From NCBI GenBank assembly GCA_029263075.1, contig JAJCYE010000019.1, positions 10,454 through 74,453 of the forward strand: DNA of 64,000 bases, in the 5' to 3' direction. Source of the stretch: Actinomycetes bacterium. GTDB taxonomy: Bacteria; Actinomycetota; CADDZG01; JAHWKV01. The notes under the pieces are model-generated. The model made no database searches and had not been told where the DNA came from. It saw only the letters and a program-made list of their open reading frames with translations. Positions 1 through 10,106 of the stretch are shown here, piece after piece (positions within the stretch are counted from its first letter, which is position 1; each line of letters begins with the position of its first letter). Position numbers and translations under genes: made by a program.

Positions 1-435
1 GATTACGAAGACCAGGAAGAAGGTGAGGACAACTTCGATCAAACCACCCTGCAGCAGGCTTGTGCCGTCACCAAGGGCGGGGGCCCCCGAACCCACGGAC
101 GCCACGATTTCCGAGGAGAAGATCTGCTTGACCACCACTGCGGCCACAAGGCCTCCCAGCAGTTGGGCTGCTACGTAACCACCCAGATCTTTGAGTGAGA
201 GCCGCTTGGCGATGTAAAAGGCCAGACTGACTGCCGGGTTTGCGTAGCCCCCGGAGATCCGGCCGACTGCGGCGATGGCCACAAAAAGCGCCAAACCGAA
301 AGCAAGGGCGATACCCAGGGTCCCCACCGTGCTCTGAAGGTTGACCACCGCCTGCTGCTGATCGGCTACGATCGCAGCCGTCCCGACGAAAACAAGAATA
401 AAAGCAGCAATAAACTCGGCGACATACCTCTTCAA
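1..435 (-). CDS. Aquaporin / MIP-family channel, partial (C-terminus lies beyond the window edge)
   Basis: The minus-strand translation reads LKRYVAEFIAAFILVFVGTAAIVADQ...ISGGYANPAVSLAFYIAK...GGYVAAQLLGGLVAAVV. It contains an NPA box and MIP-type transmembrane helices. A TTG start is preceded by GGGGGAG. It is absent from the ORF track because it runs off the window. Confidence 0.65.
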   Translation of the reverse strand, partial: MKRYVAEFIAAFILVFVGTAAIVADQQQAVVNLQSTVGTLGIALAFGLALFVAIAAVGRISGGYANPAVSLAFYIAKRLSLKDLGGYVAAQLLGGLVAAVVVKQIFSSEIVASVGSGAPALGDGTSLLQGGLIEVVLTFFLVFVI

Positions 436-482
436 GTAACTCCCCCTTCAGTGTTCGTTTACCAGGTGGCCAGCAGAATCAT

Positions 483-1586
483 ATGCGCCTTCTAGTCATC
501 ACCAACGATTTCCCTCCGAACCCGGGCGGGATCGAGAACTACATCTACTCACTGGTTCGCCGTTGGCCGCCGCATGAGGTGATCGTTGTCACTCGACGGA
601 TGGCGGGCAGCGAACGCTTCGATGCCATGCAGGATTTCGAAATCGTCCGCGAGCCGGTCGATACCCTGTTCCCCAAGCCCGGGCTGGTGCGCCGGCTCAA
701 TCGAATGGTCCATAAACGGGAAATCGATTTGGTTCATTTCCCTTCGGTCCTACCCCTGGGTCTCATGGGAGAAGGCCTCGGCCGACCCTACGCCCTCACC
801 ATTCACGGTGGCGAGTTCGTTCTCGCTTCGCGCATCCCGGGCGCCAGAACCGCCCTGAAGGCCGTCTGCAGGGGGGCCGGGATGATCATGCCCGAGTCGT
901 CGTTCGCCGAGTCTTTGGTGACGGCGCTGCTCGGGCCGCAAGTTCCGATGGCCCGGGTTACCTGCGGGGTGGATGTGGATCGGTATGCCCGGGGGGCGGC
1001 CGACCCGGTGACCCTCGGGACGGACGGCCCAGTAGTCGTGTCGGTCGGCCGGCAGATTCCGCGCAAAGGCGGGCGCACCCTCATTAGCGCTTTTCCGGAG
1101 GTCCTGAAGTCCCACCCCGACGCCCACCTGATGATCGTCGGTGGGGGACCGGATCTAGCGCGCCTTGAGGACATGGTCGCCGAAGGCCGGCTCGAAGCAT
1201 CGGTCACCCTCGCGGGGCCGCAGCCGTGGGATCGAATCCCCGGCTACCTGGCGGCTGCAGACATCTTTGCTCTGCCGACCAGAACCAGATTCCTGGGGAC
1301 CGAAACCGAGGGCCTGCCCTTGGTCTACGTTGAGGCCGCCGCCGCCGGACTACCCCTGATCGGGGCGGACGTCGGGGGGGTTTGCGACGCGGTCCGCCCC
1401 GGGGAGACTGGTCTGCTCGTCGACGGCTCAGATCCCGGTCAGACCGCCTCCGCGATCGTCGGCCTCATGGACGACCCGGGCGAGGCTCGCCGGTTGGGCT
1501 CGGGCGCTCGGAAGATGGTCGAGCAGGAGTTCAGTTGGGATGCAATCTACGGCCTTTATCGCAAGGCGATGGAGAGTGCCCGCTAG
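483..1586 (+). CDS. Glycosyltransferase family 4 (GT1-fold) protein
   Basis: 367-aa ORF. The C-terminal half has the GT4 signature (GRQIPRKG ... [26 protein letters not shown]). Its stop overlaps the convergent surface-protein gene by 4 nt. Confidence 0.75.
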   Translation: MRLLVITNDFPPNPGGIENYIYSLVRRWPPHEVIVVTRRMAGSERFDAMQDFEIVREPVDTLFPKPGLVRRLNRMVHKREIDLVHFPSVLPLGLMGEGLGRPYALTIHGGEFVLASRIPGARTALKAVCRGAGMIMPESSFAESLVTALLGPQVPMARVTCGVDVDRYARGAADPVTLGTDGPVVVSVGRQIPRKGGRTLISAFPEVLKSHPDAHLMIVGGGPDLARLEDMVAEGRLEASVTLAGPQPWDRIPGYLAAADIFALPTRTRFLGTETEGLPLVYVEAAAAGLPLIGADVGGVCDAVRPGETGLLVDGSDPGQTASAIVGLMDDPGEARRLGSGARKMVEQEFSWDAIYGLYRKAMESAR

Positions 1587-4309
1587 GAGCGCCGCCTGCG
1601 ACGCGTGCGGTGTGCTGAGGGCGCACCCCGGTTTGCCAGCGCGCCGAGAGCTATCAGCGCCAGCGCCAGCGCGAACCACTCAAGGCTGGCGACTCCGGTC
1701 CGGCTGAGCCTCGAAGGAGGCGGGCTGGCCCCTGCCGCGGGAGTGGGGGAGGGTGTTGGAGAGGCGGTTGCCGTCGGCTGCGGAGTAGGACTGGTCGTCG
1801 GGGTGGGTGAGGCCGAGGGGCTGGGTGTCGGGGTTGCCGAGGCCGAGGGGCTGGGTGTCGGGCTCGGGGTGGCGACCAAAGGCTCGGTTAGAAGCACAAG
1901 CACGGAGTCATCGTCGGTGGCCGTGTTGCCTTCGTTGTCCACCGCCGAGGCGATGGTGCGGCTCGTCTGGCGATCACCGTTTACGCCGGTCAACGATGCC
2001 GTGTAGCTGCATGTGTAGGTCGCTCCGACCTGAATCGTTCCGCCGGTGCTACAGGATCCCCGGCCGTTCAGATCACCGTGAATGTCGTCCCCCAATGACG
2101 TGAGAACCACGTTCTCGACGCTCTGGTTGGCGATCTCCACCTGGAACGTGAAGGTCCCCCCCGGGGCGGGCAAGCTGGAAGGAGAAGCCTGTTTGTCCAC
2201 AGCGATCACCGGGGCAGTGTCGGTGATGGTCAGGGTCGTCGCCGGGGCGCTGTCGCTCACCACAGCCTCCCCGGGTCCGGTTGCGGTTACGGTGGCGATG
2301 CTGGTCCGGCTGGCCCCTGAGTCACCTATGAACTGGACGGTGAACTGACAGGTCAGGTTCTGACCCGCCGGGACCACCCTCCCTATCAGCAGGTTGCAGG
2401 TGTTAGGCGCTGGGAGTGCGGCGACGTTCCCATACAGGCTGTCGACTATCGAGGTAATGGTGATGTCGACCGGATTGCTTGTATTGGTGACCATGACGCT
2501 GTAGACCACCGGTCCGCCTGGTTCCGGCTGCGACGCCGGGCTGGCGGTGGCGTCGATCTGAACCCTCGGGGTTTCGGGGGGGACCGGCGTGGTTAACGTA
2601 ACGGTGGCGTCGTCCTGTCCGGTTGCCGTGTTTCCGGCGACATCGGTGGCGATTGCAGTCACGGTGTCGGTTTCCGAAGTACCTGCCGCACCGGTAAACG
2701 TGCCCTCAAAAGAGCAGGACAGGGTTGCACCGGCACTGATGGTAGCGCCGATGAGGTCGTCGCAGGTGTTGACTCCGGCCCTGGTGGACAGGTTGCCGTA
2801 AACGCTGTCGGCGAGGGAGGTGATCACCAACGGCACCGTGGAGGTGTTGGTCACGCCCACCGAAAACGTGAAGACGCCGGAGGGGGCCGGCAAAGAGGTG
2901 GGGGCTGCCGTCTTAGCAACCGTGATGGTTGGGAGGGGGACTACGGTAACCATCTCTGACGCATCGTTGCAGGCTCCGCTCGCCGGGTTGTTGTTGGCGT
3001 CACCGCTGTAGGCAGCGACGAACCGGTACTCGCCGGGCGTCGTAGGGACGAACGCCGGAGTTGCGCCGTAGGAGCCGTTGCCCGCCACGGCAACCGTGGC
3101 GGTGTAGACGGGTGCCCCGGCGCAGGTTGGGTCGCCGGGTCCGTAAGCGTCAAACCTGATGGTGCCGCCCGGGTTGCTGCCCCCGGCGATGGTTGCCGTA
3201 TCGACGACCTGCTGGCCAACCGAGGCCGTCGCCGGGGCGACCTGCGTGGAGATGGTGGGGGTAACCGGTCCGACCGTGGTGACGAGCACCGACTCGCCCG
3301 CATCGTTGCATGCCCCCGAAACCGGGTTATTGCCGTCGTCGCCCCCGTATCGGGCGATCCAACGGTAGGTGCCCGCCGCCGCCGGGGTGAACGCGTCTGA
3401 GGTGTAGGAACCATTTCCGGTCACCGGCTTGCTGTTGGTGAAGACCGCGGGCGAAGCGCAGGTGGCGTCGTCCGGGCCGAACAACTCAAAGTTGATGTTG
3501 CCCGTCGGGCTGTTTCCCCCCGCCAGCGTGGCAGTGTCGCTGACCTGTCCACCCAGGACAACCGGGGCAGAGGCGGTGGTGGAGATGGTGGGGGTAACCG
3601 GTCCGAGCGTTCCGGGGACCGTGGTGATGTCCTCGTTGGAGGTCGTCAGGGGCGTGCCGTTGAGGTGGGTCCCGGCGGCGAACGCCAGATTGTAGGTCGA
3701 GATGCCCGCCTCGCCCGGCAGCACATCCACCGCGGGCGCCTTCAAGACATCGAAGGTGAACAGGATTCGGCATCGATCCAGGTCGGATGCAATGTCGACG
3801 GCGGTAAGGACCACCGGCAGTCCGTCCGCGGGGGTAAAGCTGACCTGGCCGGTAGTGGGATTGATGATGTTGATGTCGAAAGTCCTGCCGGCGCACGCCG
3901 ACCCGGCTTCCCCGGTTCCGGTTGCGCTTAGGGCGAAGGTCCCCGGGTCCGCCGACGCAGGTACATCGTCGCAGTTCACATCGAAAGACGAACAAGACGG
4001 AACCAGGGTCATCGTAGTTATGTTGATGCTTCCCGTTCCGTCCGGTGGGCTTGAGCTGTTGATAACGGTGAAGTTTGCCGGGACCGAAGTGTCGCCGACG
4101 TTGACCTGCGTCGGGAAGGCGACGATCACCCCAAGGACGGCCGTAGCCTGGGCAGAAGTGATGGGGACCAGGCTCGCCACCAGCATGAGGGCGACGAGGA
4201 TGCCGTTCCGGCGTCGACGCTGGACCGATGTCGGATCCTCCAGAACCCGCCCGGTTCTCCAGAACACAGACGCGCTCCGGCGTGGTGAGAGATTTCTCTC
4301 GCCCTTCAT
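1583..4309 (-). CDS. Large secreted surface protein with DUF11-type conserved repeat domains, a Pro/Thr/Ser-rich linker and a sortase-like C-terminal anchor
   Basis: 908 aa. The N-terminus has a signal peptide ([25 protein letters not shown]). A GGGAGG RBS sits 5 nt before the ATG. The body has many ~50-aa repeats with a DUF11-like pattern ([27 protein letters not shown]...). The C-terminus has a [30 protein letters not shown] linker, then LSRTG, a hydrophobic helix and an RTRRRRRS tail. Confidence 0.7.
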   Translation of the reverse strand: MKGERNLSPRRSASVFWRTGRVLEDPTSVQRRRRNGILVALMLVASLVPITSAQATAVLGVIVAFPTQVNVGDTSVPANFTVINSSSPPDGTGSINITTMTLVPSCSSFDVNCDDVPASADPGTFALSATGTGEAGSACAGRTFDINIINPTTGQVSFTPADGLPVVLTAVDIASDLDRCRILFTFDVLKAPAVDVLPGEAGISTYNLAFAAGTHLNGTPLTTSNEDITTVPGTLGPVTPTISTTASAPVVLGGQVSDTATLAGGNSPTGNINFELFGPDDATCASPAVFTNSKPVTGNGSYTSDAFTPAAAGTYRWIARYGGDDGNNPVSGACNDAGESVLVTTVGPVTPTISTQVAPATASVGQQVVDTATIAGGSNPGGTIRFDAYGPGDPTCAGAPVYTATVAVAGNGSYGATPAFVPTTPGEYRFVAAYSGDANNNPASGACNDASEMVTVVPLPTITVAKTAAPTSLPAPSGVFTFSVGVTNTSTVPLVITSLADSVYGNLSTRAGVNTCDDLIGATISAGATLSCSFEGTFTGAAGTSETDTVTAIATDVAGNTATGQDDATVTLTTPVPPETPRVQIDATASPASQPEPGGPVVYSVMVTNTSNPVDITITSIVDSLYGNVAALPAPNTCNLLIGRVVPAGQNLTCQFTVQFIGDSGASRTSIATVTATGPGEAVVSDSAPATTLTITDTAPVIAVDKQASPSSLPAPGGTFTFQVEIANQSVENVVLTSLGDDIHGDLNGRGSCSTGGTIQVGATYTCSYTASLTGVNGDRQTSRTIASAVDNEGNTATDDDSVLVLLTEPLVATPSPTPSPSASATPTPSPSASPTPTTSPTPQPTATASPTPSPTPAAGASPPPSRLSRTGVASLEWFALALALIALGALANRGAPSAHRTRRRRRS
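1809..1868. repeat. Perfect-to-near-perfect 30-bp tandem duplication inside the PT-linker coding region of the surface protein
   Basis: The unit gaggccgaggggctgggtgtcggggttgcc is followed immediately by gaggccgaggggctgggtgtcgggctcggg. This could be a slipped-strand or expansion locus. Confidence 0.8.
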
Positions 4310-4693
4310 CCCGACCTCCCGGCTTGCGCCAAATCGATAGAAGTCTTCGGCCCCGAAAGACTTCCTAGCCGGAATCTAGCAGAATCAGGGGCGAAATTGG
4401 CAGATCGCCGCCGATTCCCGGTCGGAAACGAACCCTCGGTCACGTTCTCGGTTGACGTACGCTTGGGGAGGTCCCAAATCTTCAGGAGGCAGCCATTTTT
4501 CCCAAAACGTTCGGCACAGTGTTGATGATCGTCGGGACGATATGGATTGTTCAGGGTGCCGGGATTGCGGCCACGGGCTCATTTATGGACGGGCGAAAGA
4601 TCTGGGCGGTGTTGGGGGCCGGACTGTTTGTTGCCGGTTCGGTTTCGATGGTGGTTCAGAACCGTAGGAACAAACAACCGAAGTAGGTGCCTT

Positions 4694-5074
4694 TCAGTCG
4701 GGCAGCACCGCGATGGCTTCGATCTCGAACAGGGCGTTTTTGGGCAGGGTTCTGACCGCTACCGTGCTCCGTGCCGGGGGCAACTCCGTGAAAAACCCGG
4801 CGTAGATTTCATTCATGGCCGGGAAGTCCTCCATGGATGCCAGGAAAACGGTGGTCTTTACGACGTCGCCCGCCCCGATACCTGCTGCTCGCAGAACTGC
4901 GTTGAGGTTCTCCAGCGCTTGGCGGACCTGCGCCTGTAGGCCCTCCGCCAGTTCGGCGGTCACCGGGTCGAGCCCCAGTTGTCCGGAGCAGAACACAAGT
5001 CCGTTGACGGCCATCGCTTGGGAGTAGGGGCCGATTGCGGCCGGGGCTTCGGTGGTGGATATGACCCGCTTCAT
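4694..5074 (-). CDS. ridA: RidA/YjgF/TdcF family reactive-intermediate deaminase
   Basis: The translation MKRVISTTEAPAAIGPYSQAMAVNGLVFCSGQLGLD...AVLPD matches the RidA family. The start is placed at the internal Met (codon 30 of track ORF 4694..5161), which has an upstream GGAGG. The longer track start adds a non-homologous extension. Confidence 0.8.
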   Translation of the reverse strand: MKRVISTTEAPAAIGPYSQAMAVNGLVFCSGQLGLDPVTAELAEGLQAQVRQALENLNAVLRAAGIGAGDVVKTTVFLASMEDFPAMNEIYAGFFTELPPARSTVAVRTLPKNALFEIEAIAVLPD

Positions 5075-5254
5075 CACTAAAACTGCCTCCTTGTTCAAGG
5101 TAAGGATCGCTTTCGAGTACACCACAGGACCGGCGGTGCTTGAAACCGGCGGTGCCTCCATATCCTCAGGCTGTGCCTGAGGCTGTGCTAGCGTGAAAGT
5201 TCATTTGTGCGTAAACAGGCGGCGTTTAAGCCTGAACTGAGAGAGGAGTCTTAC

Positions 5255-5410
5255 ATGGCCGAGGAGTACGAAGGCTACTGCGTGAAGTGCCGGACGAAGC
5301 GGACGTTCCAGGGCGAAAAAAAGGATCTGCCGAACGGTCGGAAAGCGGCCCAGGGACTTTGTCCCGAGTGCGGGACCAAGGTCACGCGCATGCTGGGCAA
5401 GTCGGCCTAG
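5255..5410 (+). CDS. Small zinc-ribbon protein (CxxC...CxxC), DUF5679-like
   Basis: 51 aa: MAEEYEGYCVKCRTKRTFQGEKKDLPNGRKAAQGLCPECGTKVTRMLGKSA. A strong RBS GAGAGGAG lies 6 nt upstream of this ATG, which is codon 17 of track ORF 5207..5410. Confidence 0.5.
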   Translation: MAEEYEGYCVKCRTKRTFQGEKKDLPNGRKAAQGLCPECGTKVTRMLGKSA

Positions 5411-6354
5411 CCGGACAACTCGCTTGAGGCGTACCGCCGGGCCATGGACGCGGCGGTCGCCTTCAGCTTTTGTTTCAAAGACTCGGGTTCAATCAATCGG
5501 GCCTCGGGGCCCAGTCTGAGTAGCAGCCTCTCGAGCCACGCCGTTCCCCCGGCCTTCAAGCTGATCCTTATCCATCCGTCGTCCAGTAACTCTTGCGACG
5601 TAAGAGGGTAGTAGTCGCAAACCCAGTTTGCCCTAGGGTCAATCTCCAGAGTCACCGACATCGCTTGGTCGCTTTCGAAGTACACCGCGTCGTACCGGGA
5701 GAGGTCGAAATCTGCGGGGATCGGCGCAGCTTGGTCCATGGCCACGACGCTGCGCATTCGGTCCACCCGGAAGATTCGTTCATCCCCAACCCGGTGGCAG
5801 AAGCCGAGTAGGTACCAGCGGCCGTCGGACAAGAGCAGTGCCCAGGGATCCACTTCCCGCTCGGTCACCTCGTCCTTGGACTGCGATTGGTATACCAACT
5901 GCAGACGCCGACGGCTTTCCAGTGCTTGTTTGACCACCGATAGCTCTTTGGGAGCCTCCAGGCCCACACTTACCCGCTCGAGGGCTCCTGGTGCCAAGGC
6001 CTTCGACAGCTGCTCCATTGCCCGTTCCAGCGCCGGGTCGGGGCCGGATACCGCGGCCAGCGCCTGGCCTCCTGCGTACAACATCAGCCCTTCGGCCGGG
6101 GTGAGGCGCATCGGTCTCGAAAAGTAGTCCGCCATGCGGATCCAGACCCGGCCGTCGTCGATGTATGCCTCGATCAGATCCCCCGGCCCGTAGCCGGGTA
6201 GGCCGCACATGAACAATAGGTTCAGGTCGGCCGCCAGTTCCGAGCGGGAGATGGCGAAGCGCTCCGAGATTTCTTTCACGGAGACGCCGTTGTTGCGAAG
6301 AACGTAGGGCACCAGCAGCAACAGCCGCCTGAAGCGCCCCTCAAGGTCAGCCAC
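5407..6354 (-). CDS. pafC: Proteasome accessory factor PafC (WYL-domain regulator)
   Basis: RFRRLLLLVPYVLRNNGVSVKEISERFAISRSELAADLNLLFMCGLPGYGPGDLIEAY matches the PafC N-terminus. The GTG start is codon 82 of track ORF 5407..6597 and overlaps the pafB stop by 4 nt (GTGGCTGA). The first 81 track codons are an out-of-context extension that overlaps pafB. Confidence 0.8.
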   Translation of the reverse strand: MADLEGRFRRLLLLVPYVLRNNGVSVKEISERFAISRSELAADLNLLFMCGLPGYGPGDLIEAYIDDGRVWIRMADYFSRPMRLTPAEGLMLYAGGQALAAVSGPDPALERAMEQLSKALAPGALERVSVGLEAPKELSVVKQALESRRRLQLVYQSQSKDEVTEREVDPWALLLSDGRWYLLGFCHRVGDERIFRVDRMRSVVAMDQAAPIPADFDLSRYDAVYFESDQAMSVTLEIDPRANWVCDYYPLTSQELLDDGWIRISLKAGGTAWLERLLLRLGPEARLIEPESLKQKLKATAASMARRYASSELSG

Positions 6355-7309
6355 AGATCTCCTCCAGGCGTTTGCGGGTAAGTTCCCGCAGGCGCGGTGG
6401 CTCCAGGACCTCGGCCCCCTCCCCGAATCCCAACAGCCAGGAAATGAACCCGGAGTCGTCGGCCACCTCGACCTCTGCTGTGGCGCCGAGAGCGCCGTCG
6501 GGCTCCAGACGTAGCCATGGCTGGCTTCGCTCCACCCACCATGAGGTCGAGTGGTCGAAACGTACGATGGCCTTTTCCGGGAGCGAACCCTGAACAAACG
6601 GGGGCCGGTCCAGGTATCCCTGCACCGAAAACCCTTCAGGTATTTCGAACTCAGGGCCCGGACGGCTGGGGTGAGTCAGGTGGATTGCTCCCTCCACGCG
6701 GTCGATGCGGAATGATCGAACCTCCTCATTCTTTTCGTCCCGGCCGATCAGGTACCACTTTCCCCGGCGGTGAGTGAGCCCGTAAGGCTCTACGGTACGG
6801 CTCCGGGTGCCCTGTTTGCTGCGATAGGGAAAGCTCACCTTCTTCTTCTCTCCCACGCTCTCAAGCGCCACGGAGAGATTGGGAGCTGCCAGGCCCATGT
6901 CGGCGGTCAGCCAGGAAAGGTTGGCTTCCGCTGGAGGGGGAGCGCCTTCGGTCAACTTCATCAGGGCGCTGCGAGCGGGACCGGGGTCGTTCATCCGGAG
7001 CAGGCCGGCGGCCAGCCACAAAGCTGCCAATTCGTCCGGCTCGAGATGCAGGTCGGGCAGGTAGTAGCGGTCTTTGGGGATGCGGTAGCCCTGCTCGGTG
7101 TCCCACGCGTCCACGGCGGTCAGTTCCACCGGGATGCCCATCTCCCGGAGTTCTTCCTTGTCGCGCTCGAACATCCGCTTAAAGGTGTCCCAGCTGTCCT
7201 GTCCGTAGCCGGGAATGGTTCGGTGGATCTGCTCGGCGGTGACCGGCTGGGTGGTCTCCAGCAGCATAACGATGAGGTTAAGAAGTCTTTCCGACTTACG
7301 AACGGGCAA
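6347..7309 (-). CDS. pafB: Proteasome accessory factor PafB (HTH + WYL regulator)
   Basis: MPVRKSERLLNLIVMLLETTQPVTAEQIHRTIPGYGQDSWDTFKRMFERDKEELREMGIPVE is collinear with mycobacterial PafB. Confidence 0.85.
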   Translation of the reverse strand: MPVRKSERLLNLIVMLLETTQPVTAEQIHRTIPGYGQDSWDTFKRMFERDKEELREMGIPVELTAVDAWDTEQGYRIPKDRYYLPDLHLEPDELAALWLAAGLLRMNDPGPARSALMKLTEGAPPPAEANLSWLTADMGLAAPNLSVALESVGEKKKVSFPYRSKQGTRSRTVEPYGLTHRRGKWYLIGRDEKNEEVRSFRIDRVEGAIHLTHPSRPGPEFEIPEGFSVQGYLDRPPFVQGSLPEKAIVRFDHSTSWWVERSQPWLRLEPDGALGATAEVEVADDSGFISWLLGFGEGAEVLEPPRLRELTRKRLEEICG

Positions 7310-7341
7310 CGCCTACCTCCACGCCCAGCGAGCCGAACCCT

Positions 7342-8427
7342 CTAGTCGGTTTGATAGAGAAGCTGTCCGGCGAACAGTCCCGCAGCGCCGGCCGCTTCGA
7401 AGAACGCGGGATCGTCCTTGGGGGTACGTCCCATAGAACTGATCGACTCCAGCCCGTAGTTGTGGAGGGCCGGGATGGTCTCCCAAGCGTCGACGATGCG
7501 TACGTCGTGCATCTCGGTCAGTCCGTAGTCGATGAGACTGTTCATGACCAAGGTCAGCTGTTCAACCGGCAGGTCCGGGACCGCCATGGTGCATCGGGCA
7601 AGTGCTCCGAATCGGAGGGCGGTGAGTGTCTGCCTGCTGATCGCCTGGTGGCGGGGCCGGGGATCGGCGAAAGAGATCCTGAGGGCAGCGACCGGGCGCC
7701 CGCCCAGTGATGCCGCCGCGGAGACGACCTGACCCTGCTCCATAGCGCTGTGACCAAGTGAAGTCTGGGTGCCGGTAACTCCCGGGCCCATCGCGACTAT
7801 TGCGATGTCGGCGGAGGCTATCGTGTTGGCCGCCACCAGCCCGCTGAAGATGTTGACGCTCTCGTAGTCCCCGCCGAAAGCATGGCCGCAGGTGACTGTG
7901 GCGTCTATCAGACCCTTCTCCTTCAGGTAGCGCACCATGTTGCTCTGCACCAGAGGGAGGGAGCCGCCGTCGGTCATGACGTAGGCAATCCGAAGATCGG
8001 GGTCCAGCTGTTTGAGCGTGGCAGCCGCCGGCGCGATCTGAGAGTGCAGTCCGCAGGCCACCACGGGCATCCCGTCCAACGACTCGGCGTTCTCAAGAGC
8101 GGCGTGGTGCTCGCTTTCGGGCGACTCCGCCGCCAGAACGTCGAGCTGGCAGGGGCTGTAGCGCAACTTCATGATGTGGCCGCCGGACTTAACGTCGTGC
8201 GATTCGTGTTCCAGATTCCACAAAACGAAGTCGTGGCCGCCCGTTCCCAGGTCCATGTCCACCGCCGTCGTGTTGAGGACGACCTTGTCGCCCAGAGCGA
8301 TTTCTCCGGTCAGGGCGGTGATGTTGCACGCTTGGCGGATTTCATCCCCGACCCGCACACGGATCCTCATCAGTCCCTCAAGGGACTCGGTAATCTCCGA
8401 AACTACGCCGGTGCGAAAGGTAGGCAT
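7342..8427 (-). CDS. Conserved hypothetical protein (resembles DUF3866 family), inserted between pafA and pafBC
   Basis: About 361 aa from the internal Met (codon 74 of track ORF 7342..8646). The sequence is globular and non-repetitive (GGHIMKLRYSPCQLDV, MTDGGSLPLVQSNMVRYLKEKGLIDATVTCGHAFGGDYESVNIFSG). There is no obvious RBS, so the start is uncertain. The family name comes from memory of the domain, not from a search. Confidence 0.5.
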   Translation of the reverse strand: MPTFRTGVVSEITESLEGLMRIRVRVGDEIRQACNITALTGEIALGDKVVLNTTAVDMDLGTGGHDFVLWNLEHESHDVKSGGHIMKLRYSPCQLDVLAAESPESEHHAALENAESLDGMPVVACGLHSQIAPAAATLKQLDPDLRIAYVMTDGGSLPLVQSNMVRYLKEKGLIDATVTCGHAFGGDYESVNIFSGLVAANTIASADIAIVAMGPGVTGTQTSLGHSAMEQGQVVSAAASLGGRPVAALRISFADPRPRHQAISRQTLTALRFGALARCTMAVPDLPVEQLTLVMNSLIDYGLTEMHDVRIVDAWETIPALHNYGLESISSMGRTPKDDPAFFEAAGAAGLFAGQLLYQTD

Positions 8428-8585
8428 CACTTCGATTGTAGTGCGCTTGACCACTTGGCGTATCGGGCGGGAGTTCGGGCATCCTAAGATCAGGCAGATT
8501 TGGGGGTGGATGCGGCTACAAAACAGGGGTTGGCGGGGTTCGGGTTCGGGGTGCGAAGCGGTGTCAGCGCAACGAGAACGGTGCC

Positions 8586-9938
8586 TTAGAGCGACGCGAT
8601 CAGCCGGGCGACCCGGTCGTCGACGCTCTTGAACGGGTCTTTGCACAACAGGGTTCGTTGCGCCTGATCGTTCAGCTTGAGATGGACCCAGTCCACCGTG
8701 AAGTCCCGGCGGCGCCTCTTCGCGGTCTTGATGAACTCGCCGCGCAGTTTGGCCCTTGTGGTCTGGGGAGGCTCCAGCTTGGCTGTGTCGATTTCGGCAT
8801 CGGTTACGTACCGTTCGGCCATCCCGTTGCGCTCCAGCAGGTAGTACAGGCCCCTGCGCCGGCTAACGTCGTGATAGGCGAGGTCCATGAGGGCGAGTTT
8901 GGGGTGACCCAGCCCAAGGCCGTGTTTGGTCCGGTAATCCTGCAGCATCGTGTATTTCATGACCCAGTCGACCTTGGTATCCAGCTTGGTGAAATCGTCC
9001 TCCAGCAACACCAGGCACTCCTCCCAGGCCCGCACGGTTTCTTTCATCTCGGGGTCGTCGCGGCGGTCGACGTAATCCGCGGCCCGGTTGAGGTACTCCC
9101 ACTGCAGATCGATGGCGGAGGCCTCCCGGCCGTTGGCCAACCGGACCTTGCGACGGCAGGTTATGTCGTGGGATATCTCACGGATCGCCCGGATCGGATT
9201 TTCCAGCGACAGGTCCCTCATGACGATTCCTTCCTCCAGCATGCGCAGGAGGACCGCGGTGGTGGCGATCTTGATCCAGGCGGTGTACTCGCTCATGGAG
9301 GAGTCGCCCACGATCACGTGAAGGCGCCGGTACTTTTCGGCGTCGGCGTGGGGTTCGTCGCGGGTGTTGATGATGGGGCGGGACCGGGTGGTGGCCGAAG
9401 AAACGCCCTCCCAGATGTGCTCCGCCCGTTGTGAAATGCAGAAGCGGGCGCCCCTGGCGGTCTGCAGCACCTTGCCCGCTCCGGTGAAGATCTGCCGGGA
9501 GACGAAAAACGGGATCAGATGCTCGGCGAGTTTGCCGAACTCACCGTAACGGCTGACCAGGTAGTTCTCGTGACAGCCGTACGAGTTGCCGGCGGAGTCG
9601 GTGTTGTTCTTGAACAGGTAGACCTGCCCGGCGATGCCCTCCTCCCGAAGCCGCATCTCGGCGGCGTTGACCAAAGCTTCCAGGATGCGTTCGCCCGCCT
9701 TGTCGTGGGCGATGAGTTGACGGATGTCGTCGCACTCAGGCGTTGCGTACTCGGGGTGCGACCCCACATCCAGGTAGAGCCGGGCGCCATTTTCAAGGAA
9801 GACGTTGGAGGAGCGGCCCCAGGAGACAACCCGGCGAAACAGGTATCTGGCGACCTCGTCGGGGGAGAGCCGGCGCTGGCCCCGGAACGTGCAGGTGACG
9901 CCGTACTCGTTCTCCAGGCCGAAGATTCTGCGTTCCAT
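8586..9938 (-). CDS. pafA: Pup--protein ligase PafA
   Basis: [70 protein letters not shown] is near-identical in pattern to mycobacterial PafA. It lacks the Dop-specific insertion. The start is Met21 of track ORF 8586..9998. Confidence 0.9.
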   Translation of the reverse strand: MERRIFGLENEYGVTCTFRGQRRLSPDEVARYLFRRVVSWGRSSNVFLENGARLYLDVGSHPEYATPECDDIRQLIAHDKAGERILEALVNAAEMRLREEGIAGQVYLFKNNTDSAGNSYGCHENYLVSRYGEFGKLAEHLIPFFVSRQIFTGAGKVLQTARGARFCISQRAEHIWEGVSSATTRSRPIINTRDEPHADAEKYRRLHVIVGDSSMSEYTAWIKIATTAVLLRMLEEGIVMRDLSLENPIRAIREISHDITCRRKVRLANGREASAIDLQWEYLNRAADYVDRRDDPEMKETVRAWEECLVLLEDDFTKLDTKVDWVMKYTMLQDYRTKHGLGLGHPKLALMDLAYHDVSRRRGLYYLLERNGMAERYVTDAEIDTAKLEPPQTTRAKLRGEFIKTAKRRRRDFTVDWVHLKLNDQAQRTLLCKDPFKSVDDRVARLIASL

Positions 9939-10106
9939 CAGGCGGATTCCGCCTGGCTCATGCCGTTCAGGCCCGGAGGGTACCGACCCGTTCCGCACCG
10001 TGCACCATAGTTGCCCTTCAGGCTCACCCAGTCAGTGTAAGGGTATCGAGGACGGCCCGCCCGGTGGCGTCGAAACGGTCCCGAACCACCTCCTACCGGC
10101 ACCCTC

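Noticed and set aside
1605-4340. Multiple 60-212-aa plus-strand ORFs inside the surface-protein gene
   Set aside because: They are high-GC shadow frames entirely contained in the 908-aa minus-strand gene, which has a signal peptide, an RBS and repeat-domain homology.
6355-6597. N-terminal 81 codons of track ORF 5407..6597 (pafC)
   Set aside because: They overlap the pafB coding sequence and are Arg/Pro/Trp-rich nonsense. Homology begins at the GTG at 6354.
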